Sequence record: OR544955
Strand: one strand, 5' to 3'
DNA length: 64,000 nt
Source: Escherichia phage vB_EcoP_EP32B
Shown: positions 9,423 through 22,241 of the stretch, in pieces
Layout of the letters: every line of letters starts with the position of its first letter
Position numbering within the stretch: the stretch's first letter is position 1
Notes under the pieces: generated by a model
The model's input: only the letters and a program-made list of their open reading frames with translations
Told to the model about the DNA's origin: nothing
Databases searched by the model: none
Program-made: the position numbers and the translations under genes

Positions 9423-10951
9423 TTAGATGCCTTTTACATATACACGGCGGAAGTAAGCGTTCTTACCAAGGCTGTTCAGGATAGACGGCATACCGGACTG
9501 GATGCGAGCACCTGGAGCCTGCAGGGAACTTTCAGCAAACGGGTTAACACCGATACCGTAACGAGTTTTGAAGCCCATTACCGGCTGGAAGTTCTTAGGA
9601 TCAGAACCACGCAGTGGGGTAAGTGCAACGTAAGGAGCATAGTAAATACCTGCATCCATTTCGTTAGCGCCTTTGTAACCAACGGTGAAGTAATCCTGTT
9701 TAGCATACTGGTCGATGTATACGCGGTATTTACCACCAAGTACACCGGCAAATACAGACTTAGTAGTGTCGGTATTAAAACCAGAAGCCAGACCCTGTGC
9801 AGCGTAAGAAATACCAGTATCAACTGAAGCCAGTACGTTAACTACGTTACGGGAAGCGATAATGAAGTTACCTTCACCACGACCGGTTTGACGAGCAATT
9901 TCAACTGCTTCTTTATCAATCTGGAACAACAGAGATTTAAAGCTTTCACCGGCCCAACGAGCACCACGGATATCAATCGGGTCCTGGAAGTCAAATACAC
10001 CAGCTTTAGAACCCGGAGTCAGGGTCATACCGGATTTACCAACCTGTGCTGAGTAGTTAATCCAATCAACAACTTCACGGTTGATTTCTAGCATAATTTC
10101 TGTAGCCAGAATACCACTCAGTTCAGCATCAGCATCCATACCGTGTACTGCACGGAGGTCTTGTGCTAATTCGATAGAGTAAGCAGCTTTCAGCTGGCGA
10201 GATTTAGCTTCGATAACTTGTTTATCGATACGGAAGCCCATTTCATTCCATGGGTTATCGGTAGAACCGTTGAAACCTTCCTGAAGTTCAGCGATAGAAG
10301 TAGCCATACCTTCAGCGATTTCTACCAGTGCACCAGCTTCCATTTGTTTCTTAACTTCGGCATCTAATTTAGCAGCATCGGTCGCATCGATTGTTACTTG
10401 AACAGAAGCTTGCAGATATACAGTACCAGTTTCCTGGAAGAAGTGAGTGCCAGAGCTGGGAATTTCTTAGCAGCACCCTGACCAGAGAACATCGCATCTG
10501 GGGCATACATCGGATGGAAAGCTTCTTTAGCGCCAGCAGCGATAGGGTCTTTACCATATACTGCACGGAGAGCAAATACCTGACCGGTCGGGCTGTTCAT
10601 AGGCTGAACACCACAAATATCAAAAGCGATCAGATTAGGAATAGCACGACGAACCATACCCATAACTGCTGGCCCAATTTGGGTTACTGCACCAGAGGTT
10701 TGACCTGCTGCGATGTTCTGAGCATTATAACCATGGTCACCACCAATTTCAGCTTCGGTCAAGAAAGAACCAAATGCCTGAGCGATTTTCTCGTCTTTAT
10801 ATTCAGGGGATACTTCGAAATCTTTTTCCTGGTTTTCGAAGATTTTAGCGATAATAGCCTGCTTGCTATTAGCGATTTCCGGCAGGCCTTCACCTTCCAG
10901 CAGTTCTTTCCATTTGTCTACGAGCTGAGCTTTAGTTTTGATAGTAGTCAT
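9423..10951 (-). pseudogene. 23: Major capsid protein gp23, disrupted by a frameshift near 10445-10455
   Basis: N-terminal 168 aa (ORF 10394..10951) and C-terminal part (ORF 9423..10343, frame open upstream to ~10450) both match T4 gp23 but lie in different frames. Confidence 0.85.
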
Positions 10952-10968
10952 TTGTGTTAACCTTTAAA

Positions 10969-11781
10969 TTAGAAACGAGATGCGACTTTCGCATATAAAC
11001 TTACATTAGAATTCTGTTCTACCTGAGTTGTGGTAGTGTCAACTGCTTCGGCAACAAAATTAAGACCGGCAGCGTCATTGTCAACTGTATTTATACTTTC
11101 GGTAATAGCGGCTTCTTCTTTAGTAGAACCTTTAACCATTTCTACAATAGCAGTTAACTTAGTACCAAATGCGTCAGAATAATCCATACCTTCAACCAGG
11201 CCAATAACTTTTTCTTTCTGAGATTCAGTCAGGTCTTTTACGCTTTCATTAATAGCGGTTTCACGCTGAACGTAATTGATATATGCATCACGTTTGGTAA
11301 CTTCTTCGAACAAACGAGCGGTTTCTTCTTTATGTTCGGCCAGCTCTTCTTCCATTTCTGCTACAACATCTACAGATTCTTCTGGAACAACAACGTTATG
11401 TTCAACAAACAGTTCTTTCAGACCACCAAGCATGGATTCGAACAAATCAGCTTTAATGCCTTTATCAACTGCGATTTGGTTTTCTGCGAGCCATTCTTTT
11501 GCAAGATGGTCTAGGAATTTAGAAGCTTGTTCAGCCAATTTTTTATCAGCTTTCTCTTCAGCATCTTCTTTAGCCTTTTCAACTTCTTCTTCGGCCTTTT
11601 CGGCGATGGCTTTGATATGAGATTCAGCCAGTTTGACTGCTTCCTGCTTAACGGTGGCTTCGAATACAGTGCTGAAATTAGCTTTAACGTCCGGAGACAG
11701 TTCTACTGATTCGAAAACACTATTAAGAGCAACTGAAGTCTCGATGTTCTGAGCTTCTTTCAAAAGTTGTTCTTTGATCAT
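10969..11781 (-). CDS. 22: Prohead core scaffold protein gp22
   Basis: 270 aa acidic coiled-coil protein; T4 gp22 is 269 aa. Confidence 0.85.
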   Translation of the reverse strand: MIKEQLLKEAQNIETSVALNSVFESVELSPDVKANFSTVFEATVKQEAVKLAESHIKAIAEKAEEEVEKAKEDAEEKADKKLAEQASKFLDHLAKEWLAENQIAVDKGIKADLFESMLGGLKELFVEHNVVVPEESVDVVAEMEEELAEHKEETARLFEEVTKRDAYINYVQRETAINESVKDLTESQKEKVIGLVEGMDYSDAFGTKLTAIVEMVKGSTKEEAAITESINTVDNDAAGLNFVAEAVDTTTTQVEQNSNVSLYAKVASRF

Positions 11782-11811
11782 TTTAGTGTCCTGTGGTTTA
11801 GATTACATTAT

Positions 11812-11819
11812 TATTTATA
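11812..11819 (-). promoter_or_regulatory. T4-type late promoter for gene 22
   Basis: TATTTATA on + upstream of gp22 start 11781. Confidence 0.5.
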
Positions 11820-12428
11820 ATGCTTTTAAACTCTCTGCGAGAGCTTTAAATGCTTCATCAGCACTGTTTTTGGTGATTTCCACCGAATTTTCTGATTCTG
11901 ATATTTGTTTAGGAGTAACCCAAGCATCTGGAGCAGAAGGTCCCCACACGGCATCTACGCCGACGGTTAATTTAAATCCTTCGTTCACGATACGGTACCC
12001 TTTATTGGTGTCGGTTAAAGAACCAAGACCACGAGAGGAAACACCTGGAATCCAACCAGCTCGTATATTAGCAGCTAATTTATCGCCGGGACCATGGTCG
12101 CCTTCAATAATTCTAGCGCGTCCATATACATCGTTTCCTTTCCACCACATATCTTCAATAATGATAGCGGCTTGCATAGGGTCAACATTTGCGCGAGGTG
12201 GATGATTTAATTCTCCAAGGGCTTGTTTGGTTGCGCTTTTTCCAAAACGCGTTTAGGATATAAACGTTTATTTCGGTTAACAACCTCTGCCTGAAGAAAA
12301 ATACCTTCTATATAAAGCCCTGGTTTTAAGCCAGAATCTTTTCCATCATGAGATTCCAACATTGGAACGCCATCAATAATCTCACCGGGTTGACCCCAAG
12401 TTTCAATAAGTAACTCGGGTTTATTCAT
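11815..12428 (-). pseudogene. 21: Prohead core protease gp21, disrupted by a frameshift near 12207-12235
   Basis: N-terminal 65 aa (ORF 12207..12428) and C-terminal 138 aa (ORF 11815..12177, frame open upstream to a stop at ~12250) are in different frames. Confidence 0.8.
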
Positions 12429-12853
12429 TAGCTTAATCCTAATGCTTTACGACGTTTAAGAGCTTTTTTACGCTTACGCAAGCCTTTAACTTGGCCTGAA
12501 GGGTTAGCTTTTTTAGCTTTAACGACCTTACGAGCGATTTGTCTACGTTTTGCTTTAGAAAGACCAGTGGTTTGGAACGCATTACGTTCACGAGTTTTAC
12601 GGTCTTTAGTGCGGGTGACTTCACCACGAGAAGAAACATGTTTAACGATAAACTCGTTTAACTGTTCTTCATTAATAATGGAAGCCATTGCAACAGCTAA
12701 ATCCGTTTCAGTTTCAAGCATGTTCTCGATAATAGTATTTATATCGTCAATATCGAGAGCAGAAGACAATGCATCGATTCGGCCCTGTGCTTCAGGAATA
12801 AGTGCTTCGACATTTTCGAGTACCAATTCATAAGATTCAGGGATAAGATACAT
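12428..12853 (-). CDS. 68: Prohead core protein gp68
   Basis: 141 aa as in T4; position. Confidence 0.75.
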   Translation of the reverse strand: MYLIPESYELVLENVEALIPEAQGRIDALSSALDIDDINTIIENMLETETDLAVAMASIINEEQLNEFIVKHVSSRGEVTRTKDRKTRERNAFQTTGLSKAKRRQIARKVVKAKKANPSGQVKGLRKRKKALKRRKALGLS

Positions 12854-13083
12854 TATTCATCGTCCTCATCATCTTCGTCTTCGTCGTCATCGCCTTCATC
12901 AGCGTCGTCTTCCGAAGCTTTCTTTTCTTCTTCAGGTTCTTCGCCTTCAATCAAAAATTGAGAAGCGATTTCTGCTTTGCGTGCTTCAATCAAACGAACC
13001 GTTTTTTCTGCCATTGCACTTTCAAAAAACTTTCGAGTAGCAACGAGGTCGTTTGATTTAATAGCTTGAATTAAATCGTCCAT
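12853..13083 (-). CDS. 67: Prohead core protein gp67
   Basis: 76 aa with acidic D/E tail; position. Confidence 0.75.
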   Translation of the reverse strand: MDDLIQAIKSNDLVATRKFFESAMAEKTVRLIEARKAEIASQFLIEGEEPEEEKKASEDDADEGDDDEDEDDEDDE

Positions 13084-14654
13084 TAAAAATCCTCTTGTTC
13101 TTGGTCGGGGTCTTGGAAACGAGCCTCTTTCGACTCTTCTTCAATTTGCTTAGCCTCTTGTTCAATTTCCTCGTCAGACATCTGAAGAATATCTTTCATA
13201 GCTGTTCTGTGAGAAATATATTTACCAATAAATGGTTCGGCCATCTGAAGCATATTAATGCGACGCTCCAGAATCTCAGCATCCTTTAATTCCGAGAAAT
13301 AACTATCCCGATGAAATTTTATCTTAATATTATTTATTTCATCATTCCACTCATCTTCTGTAATAATTCCTTTAAGAATTAAATTAGTTTTAAGAGGGTC
13401 TAGGAATATCTCTTCAAATTTATGTTGCAGCTCACGAATAAATTTACCAAATGATAATTCATCTCGTGTAATAGAAGTACCAGCATCAAACTGTATACCA
13501 CCTTGGTCACTTGGAATACGGGTAATAGGAATACGTAAAGCCATATAAAGCGCATTACGGAACCAACGTACATCTTCCATATTTCCGGTATTATCTGCAC
13601 CCGGTAATGTGTCAACTTCTGTTACTGCTTTACCATCACGTCGTTGTAACCAATAATCTTCGGTCATCGACATAATATGCTGCTGGTTTTTAATCTTGCC
13701 TGTAGTAGCATCATATGCAATACGGTTTTTCATCGTATTCATAACATGTTGCATATGTTCTGCTGCTTTTCTTGAAGGCATATTACCTGTATCAACGTAC
13801 CATACACGACGATCGGGAGCACGAGTAATACGATAAATTACGACAGCATCTTCAAGAAGTTTTAATTGGTTCGCTGGCTTAATAGCCCGATGCAAATAAC
13901 CGATGATATTTTTACCACAACAATCAACTAAACCAGAATGGGCATAAACAATCGCGGCTTTAGGGATTTTTATTTTTGTGCCCGCTTCATATATGCGACC
14001 ATCACAAGCATAAGATTCGTGTGATGTGTCATAAATGAAATATTCTTTATAACCCTTGACTATTTTAACACCAGCTTCAGTGGTTGTAATAACTTCACGG
14101 ACATATTGAACTTGACGTGGGTCTAAACGACGAAGCTCTTTAATACCTTCTTTAGGGCGTTTAGGGTCAATAATTTTATGGAAGAAAATTCGAGAATCCA
14201 CATACCAACGTCTAAAATGATCTGAACCTTTACGTTGGAAAGATAAATGATTTAACACTTCGTTAAATTCATCCAACATCATTGATTTGATATTTGGACT
14301 AAATTTTGTGTTGTCTAAATTTATAGAAACGACTTCTGTATCATCTTCATATACGATAGCATCCGAAACTATTTCAGAGACTGCATTATCCACTTCATAG
14401 TTCGTCATCAAATTTCGATACGTATCGATTAATTCACGCGTTGATTTGAGCCCTGGTTCTTGGCTACCGAACATTCTCTGAAACATAGCATTATATGTTT
14501 GCTGTGCTTCATTTTCAGATACTTCGTATTCTTTAGCGCCGTCGTCTAATTTTGGTGTGGTGATCGATTCTAAATTTTCTTTTTCTTGGTCTTTGTAATC
14601 ACGTTCGTCCATTTTTGCCCATGGAGCAAACAAACTTAAGATATTAAATTTCAT
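13083..14654 (-). CDS. 20: Portal vertex protein gp20
   Basis: 523 aa; T4 gp20 is 524 aa; preceded by late promoter TATAAATA (minus) at 14684-14691. Confidence 0.9.
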   Translation of the reverse strand: MKFNILSLFAPWAKMDERDYKDQEKENLESITTPKLDDGAKEYEVSENEAQQTYNAMFQRMFGSQEPGLKSTRELIDTYRNLMTNYEVDNAVSEIVSDAIVYEDDTEVVSINLDNTKFSPNIKSMMLDEFNEVLNHLSFQRKGSDHFRRWYVDSRIFFHKIIDPKRPKEGIKELRRLDPRQVQYVREVITTTEAGVKIVKGYKEYFIYDTSHESYACDGRIYEAGTKIKIPKAAIVYAHSGLVDCCGKNIIGYLHRAIKPANQLKLLEDAVVIYRITRAPDRRVWYVDTGNMPSRKAAEHMQHVMNTMKNRIAYDATTGKIKNQQHIMSMTEDYWLQRRDGKAVTEVDTLPGADNTGNMEDVRWFRNALYMALRIPITRIPSDQGGIQFDAGTSITRDELSFGKFIRELQHKFEEIFLDPLKTNLILKGIITEDEWNDEINNIKIKFHRDSYFSELKDAEILERRINMLQMAEPFIGKYISHRTAMKDILQMSDEEIEQEAKQIEEESKEARFQDPDQEQEDF

Positions 14655-14738
14655 TGTATTCTCCGAATGGGAATTATAGTTATATTTATATGGACTTCTC
14701 CGTCATCACGGGAAGCTGGGGATTTCTCCCCAACCAGA

Positions 14739-15230
14739 TTATTCCCACCAATCAAGAGCAAGAGTTACTTCGAACGTTTCAATCTCGTTATTACTATCCC
14801 AATCAAGAGATACTTCACCAACGTTAGTAGGCCACAAGCCGACAATTTCAACTTCTTTAGTGACCGTTTTAGCATCACGAGCAAATTGACGAACGATAGC
14901 AGACTTTTTATATTCAGCAGGTTTACCACCGGTAATTTCATTACCTTGTCCTGCTGCAATACCTTGCCAATCAACAAATTTCTGACGAATGCTATGAGCA
15001 TCATCGTTCATTACTGTAATAGTCCAATCATCGAATGTACGATCACCGGCCACGTTAATTTTACGGTTCATATAAGAAACAGGAACCTTTTCAACAATCG
15101 CAGCAGGAAGAGCCGTAGCACGACACTGGAAGCTAAAGTTTTGCCCAAGATAAGAGATTTCTACTTCGAACAGGTTAGGGCGAGCGAAATCACCTGATTC
15201 GAAGGCACGAGTTACGTCATCTACAAACAT
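14739..15230 (-). CDS. 19: Tail tube protein gp19
   Basis: 163 aa, same as T4. Confidence 0.9.
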   Translation of the reverse strand: MFVDDVTRAFESGDFARPNLFEVEISYLGQNFSFQCRATALPAAIVEKVPVSYMNRKINVAGDRTFDDWTITVMNDDAHSIRQKFVDWQGIAAGQGNEITGGKPAEYKKSAIVRQFARDAKTVTKEVEIVGLWPTNVGEVSLDWDSNNEIETFEVTLALDWWE

Positions 15231-15342
15231 ATTAGCCTCTGTAGTAATATGGGCTTAGGATTAACCTGATGCCCATAGAATTAATTTTTAAACGATATAG
15301 TATATTTATATGGGCTACCGAAATAGCCCATCAGGCGTCTTA

Positions 15343-17325
15343 TTAACCACCTACAGCACCAATCAGTTCGTCGAAATCGGCACCAGTTGCTGTTGCTACA
15401 AAGTTCAACGTAATATAATTTATCGAGCGGGCAGGTTGTAAGTAGAAAGTAGCTACAAATTCATTACGGTCGATAACTGCTGGGGTGTTATTGGTAGTAT
15501 CACAAACAACTTTAAAGTTATATACACCACCGAGAGCTTTAATACCCTGTAGATATTGAGAAGTCTCTGTACGGAAAGAAGAACGGGTAAATGCGTTGTT
15601 CAATTCAAACAGGCGATATTTGGATGCTGAACCAATGTTCGTTTTAACCATATTGAACAAACGACGAACGTTAATACGGTCAAATGGTGAAGGAACAGAA
15701 GTGGCAGTTTTATCACCGTACAGAACATATCCATCACCACCGGTACCAGTAACAGGGTTAATAGCTTCCTGATACAAACGATCACGCTGTGGTTGACGAG
15801 TTTCAATTGCAAGCTTAATAACGTTAAGAATTTGTCCACGATTATAACCAGCAGGAGACATCCAAGGCTGAGAAATATTGTCTGTGCGAGCACAAAGACC
15901 AGCAATATCAGCAGCTAATGGAACCCAACGATTCACGTCATTATATTTGTCATATTGATATTTATAGTTACCGTCAATAGCAGCATAAGTAGAACTTACA
16001 TTAAAGTTATTATCAGTGTAAGTTCCTGACGCAGTACGCCAATCAACCAGATTATCAACTGCACGATTAACAGGAATACCGACTATAGTTGCACGTGGCG
16101 GTGAGCAAAGAACCAAGCAATCTTGACGAGAATCACCAATTGCTACAACATGTTTCTGAACTGTAGAAGCAACTTCTAAAGATTCACCTGCACAAGAACC
16201 GGCAATAAACAACTGCGCATTAACAGATTCACGGTCAGCAAACAAATCCCAAGCTTCCATTAAATCACCAGCGTCAACCGTTTCATTAGATGATAAGCCA
16301 CCACCCAGTTTGATTACGCCAGAGAAACCTTTTGGCCAACCTTGTGCAGTAGCGAAAATATAATTGCTTGCGCCTTTAGCAAAGAAATCATCAATAAAGA
16401 TATTACTACCATAAATATCGCGTTCACCGCGTTTAGTAGAAAGAACTACGCTCTGAACTACAGCATCGTTACGACGAACGATAATTGCATATTGGTCATC
16501 AGTTTGTGGGCCATACCCAAAGATTGCTTTAGCAGTAGATGCGCGAGTACCACCATCAGGATAAATTTTTAACTGGGCTGAAGCACCTTTGTCGTAGTCT
16601 GCTTTAGATACGATTTCAATTTCGAGCTGGTCGCCAAGTTCACCAGGATAAAGAGCAACTACGCCTGGGACACCATATTTTTTAATAGATTCTTGGAAAG
16701 TTAGAGAAGTAATAGCTTCTTCAGAAGTTTCAACTTCAGTTAACAGAATACCCGAATCGGTTACGATAGAACCAATTGTAATAACGCCAGAGAGACCAGA
16801 AGAAGAACTGGCAACTTCGGCGGTCCAGTTAGAACCCAATGCCGGATATTCATTAATTTCTTTTGCACGAGCAATAATTTTACCGGTTGGGATATAAATG
16901 TTAAGAATTTTACCATCGACATCAACTGAAGTGACATAACCATCTGCTTCAACAGTTTCGGTCAAATACTTAACGATAATTTTATCACCAACTGCATAGT
17001 TACTACCAGCAGCAGAGATTGTGAATTCAATATTGCCTGCTACAGGAGATGAGTTCTTAGCAGTATCACGGTCAACTGCGCGTACAACACGAAGGTCATT
17101 ACCATATTGAAGGAAGTTCATAGCAGACATGAAATAATCTGCTGTATCCGTATTAGGAGTACCAAACATATCAACTAATGCAACTTCATCAGTGATTTGT
17201 TTAATCTGGAATGCAGGGCCCCATTGGAATTTTCCAGCCAGGGCAGCAGTACCAGTGGAGTTATTAACTACAGTACTCTGTACGGTAGTTTCTTTGAGCT
17301 CAACGCCCGGAGAGAGAAGTGCCAT
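15343..17325 (-). CDS. 18: Tail sheath protein gp18
   Basis: 660 aa; T4 659. Confidence 0.9.
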   Translation of the reverse strand: MALLSPGVELKETTVQSTVVNNSTGTAALAGKFQWGPAFQIKQITDEVALVDMFGTPNTDTADYFMSAMNFLQYGNDLRVVRAVDRDTAKNSSPVAGNIEFTISAAGSNYAVGDKIIVKYLTETVEADGYVTSVDVDGKILNIYIPTGKIIARAKEINEYPALGSNWTAEVASSSSGLSGVITIGSIVTDSGILLTEVETSEEAITSLTFQESIKKYGVPGVVALYPGELGDQLEIEIVSKADYDKGASAQLKIYPDGGTRASTAKAIFGYGPQTDDQYAIIVRRNDAVVQSVVLSTKRGERDIYGSNIFIDDFFAKGASNYIFATAQGWPKGFSGVIKLGGGLSSNETVDAGDLMEAWDLFADRESVNAQLFIAGSCAGESLEVASTVQKHVVAIGDSRQDCLVLCSPPRATIVGIPVNRAVDNLVDWRTASGTYTDNNFNVSSTYAAIDGNYKYQYDKYNDVNRWVPLAADIAGLCARTDNISQPWMSPAGYNRGQILNVIKLAIETRQPQRDRLYQEAINPVTGTGGDGYVLYGDKTATSVPSPFDRINVRRLFNMVKTNIGSASKYRLFELNNAFTRSSFRTETSQYLQGIKALGGVYNFKVVCDTTNNTPAVIDRNEFVATFYLQPARSINYITLNFVATATGADFDELIGAVGG

Positions 17326-17355
17326 TTTAATTCCTCTTAATTTGCTTTATTTTAT

Positions 17356-19678
<2,323 letters not shown>

Positions 19679-20503
19679 TTATTGTTTTCTAGGACCAGGA
19701 GGGGTTGGTGGAGTCGGAATTGGAATATCATGAGTATAAGTTTGTTCAACTTCACCATTCCAATCTTGTACTTCAACGTCTCTCGGTTTAATTTCTGTAT
19801 CAACTGATTCAAAAACGCTTTCGGCTGTTTGAAGGTCTCGTTCATTAGCATGAAAATCAAGATAAGTCGTTTTAATAAGACCTTCTGCTGCGCCTACCGG
19901 AGGATACATCCATCCATTTACTTCAAATGTTAATGACCACTCTAAACGTCTACGGGATAAATTATCACCATCTATTTGTTCATCCATTGCCGCAGCCATC
20001 CATACGACCTTAATATCCCTTTCAAATGGAATATCCTGCCCATATTGCTCAATCATAGTCGTATTAAAATGCGGCTGAAAATATGGAATAATTTGCTCAA
20101 CGATTTGGAACATATCATCTTCATAACGAGTAAAGATGCTCAGTTCAAAAATCATTTTAATTGGTGATGGGTTGTATTGGTCTACAATATCCTTAGTCGA
20201 TTTACTCAAAAGAGAGTTATTCAATATATTCGTTTTAAACGTCGGGTTATAAACGAAATCCACCATTTGGAGATTTATACGTGGTAGAATAGTTTCGACT
20301 TTAGCCACATCTTCTTGTGAGTTTATAGAGGTCCATTTATTAAGTTTCATCATAAAGTGCTCTTTAGATGCATACGTAATAGGAACTCTAATTAATTTAT
20401 TGCCTGTAGACAATTGACGGTTAACTTGGATATTTGAAAACAAATCGCCCATCATTGTGATATATCGCCTGAACGACGAGTTGTAAAAATAACCAAACAT
20501 CAT
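19679..20503 (-). CDS. 15: Tail sheath stabilizer/terminator gp15
   Basis: 274 aa; position. Confidence 0.85.
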   Translation of the reverse strand: MMFGYFYNSSFRRYITMMGDLFSNIQVNRQLSTGNKLIRVPITYASKEHFMMKLNKWTSINSQEDVAKVETILPRINLQMVDFVYNPTFKTNILNNSLLSKSTKDIVDQYNPSPIKMIFELSIFTRYEDDMFQIVEQIIPYFQPHFNTTMIEQYGQDIPFERDIKVVWMAAAMDEQIDGDNLSRRRLEWSLTFEVNGWMYPPVGAAEGLIKTTYLDFHANERDLQTAESVFESVDTEIKPRDVEVQDWNGEVEQTYTHDIPIPTPPTPPGPRKQ

Positions 20504-20552
20504 TTCTCCTAACCGGCCTTTCGACCGGTGTTTGCTTTATCTTATCTATTTA

Positions 20553-21281
20553 TTAATTCATAAACCCATCGTCAAATGGTGAATTTTGTCTACCACGGTT
20601 GTTAACTACTACATACGGCTCAACGTATTCACTTGCCTCTGAATTGATTTGCTCAACTTCAGAATATTCATCGATATTAATGTCATGGATACCGTCAAGA
20701 TTTCTAACAGGGTTAAGTTCCAAGTCACTAAATTCAGGTATATTGATACCTTCATTTTTCTGAAGCACCGGATTGATTTCTTCGCCAGAGTAAATAAACT
20801 TGCCTGCAGTAATTTTACGAATCGCATTTTTACCTACTTGATAGAACGGGTCATATGGTTCAACCCAGTTAATCTCAAACAAACTGTTGTCCATTGGGAA
20901 GTATATCAAATCACCTTCCTTGGGCTCCTGATTGTTGACCTGGTGTTTGAAAAGACCTGGGTTAATAGATAATGTAACTTCGTCTTGAACTTGCATTCCG
21001 AAGTTGCTGAAGAACGATTTCGCTCCTTCATAACCTTCAAAAGAGTTCAGATATGCAGCAAATTTCCATGCTTTAGTAAATTTATTTTTAAGGTCCTCAC
21101 CAAAGATAAGGTCCACGGCAACATATTCACGTGGAACATAAAAACATTCAATACCGCGCATCTGTATGCTTTCTGCCACTAGAACATCGGCTAATGTCTG
21201 ACTATTCTCATAATTATTAAAATTAGAATACCCACCACGATTTTCTAGCTTGGCGAAAAGATTTTTATCATAAGTTGCCAT
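20553..21281 (-). CDS. 14: Neck protein gp14
   Basis: 242 aa (T4 256); position. Confidence 0.8.
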   Translation of the reverse strand: MATYDKNLFAKLENRGGYSNFNNYENSQTLADVLVAESIQMRGIECFYVPREYVAVDLIFGEDLKNKFTKAWKFAAYLNSFEGYEGAKSFFSNFGMQVQDEVTLSINPGLFKHQVNNQEPKEGDLIYFPMDNSLFEINWVEPYDPFYQVGKNAIRKITAGKFIYSGEEINPVLQKNEGINIPEFSDLELNPVRNLDGIHDINIDEYSEVEQINSEASEYVEPYVVVNNRGRQNSPFDDGFMN

Positions 21282-21282
21282 A

Positions 21283-22209
21283 TTAACCTACCAAAATACC
21301 TGCAGGAGGGTCCAGTAAATATAACTCTTCTCGTAAAGCTTCTTTCTCTAAACGAGCTTCTTCAATTAATCGAACACCATCAACGGTGACGCCACCCGGT
21401 AACATCATACCTTGATGTTTAGCAAGAATTTGTCCATTAAGCTCTTTAGCTAATGCAGTTGCATAATCTTTAACCCAGCGGTTGTTATATGCGCCTTGTT
21501 TGGTTGCAGGATCTTCACCAACTCGTCGTCCGACCAAATTATGGTCTGGATTATCATAACGTTCAGAAATAGACCATGAATCACGAGGACCTACCTGACC
21601 GTACCCTACTGTATTTCCTACCATCTTATGGGTCTCGATATAAGAGCGAACATACGATTCAACGATAATGACATCTTTCTGTCTAAAGTTACCCATTACT
21701 TTTAATTGCTCGTTTGCAGAGTTAAACCAAAAATCCGGGATAGGAGCAATCATATCTTGAAGCATACCCATATAAGATACTAATTGAGAATAATACCCGA
21801 GATCAGCGCCAAAAGCGTTCGGACCATAGAATTTACCACAATTACTACCCATGCCACCTGAAACACCAGCCATTCCTAAAAGGAAATCAGTGAACCACGG
21901 ATAAGTTGCATTACCATCCATTGAAGTAATAGAGCCAACGTTTGTTCTTATAATTCTTGTTACAGCAAATACGTTAGAACCACGCATATCAAATACGCCG
22001 TGACGGTATTTTTCTTCGTCATCAACAAAAAATACATGGAAACCTTTATTCAACCCGTCAAAATGGTATTCGCCATAAAGTTCTAACGCTCGTGAAATAC
22101 AATCATAAATTTGGTCTGTAGTTAATTCAACATTTACAATAGGAGCGCCTAAACGACGTAATATTACGTCCTTTAATTCTTTAGGGTTTTGTGCATTATA
22201 ACCTGACAT
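21283..22209 (-). CDS. 13: Neck protein gp13
   Basis: 308 aa; position. Confidence 0.85.
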   Translation of the reverse strand: MSGYNAQNPKELKDVILRRLGAPIVNVELTTDQIYDCISRALELYGEYHFDGLNKGFHVFFVDDEEKYRHGVFDMRGSNVFAVTRIIRTNVGSITSMDGNATYPWFTDFLLGMAGVSGGMGSNCGKFYGPNAFGADLGYYSQLVSYMGMLQDMIAPIPDFWFNSANEQLKVMGNFRQKDVIIVESYVRSYIETHKMVGNTVGYGQVGPRDSWSISERYDNPDHNLVGRRVGEDPATKQGAYNNRWVKDYATALAKELNGQILAKHQGMMLPGGVTVDGVRLIEEARLEKEALREELYLLDPPAGILVG

Positions 22210-22241
22210 ATAAATCCTTTAGGGCCCGAAGGCCCTTTTCA

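Noticed and set aside
10380-10520. Translational bypassing (T4 gene 60 type) or programmed frameshift rescuing gene 23
   Set aside because: Bypass needs an inserted non-coding gap with matched take-off and landing codons; here sequence is missing relative to T4 and no slippery heptamer or stimulatory structure is evident.
10391-10960. 189 aa + strand ORF (and 68 aa ORF 10369-10575) inside gene 23
   Set aside because: Antisense shadow ORFs within a coding region; low-complexity translation, no SD, no promoter.
11276-11709. Several + strand ORFs (114, 60, 60 aa) inside gene 22
   Set aside because: Antisense to a repetitive acidic gene; Ser/Phe-rich artefactual translations.
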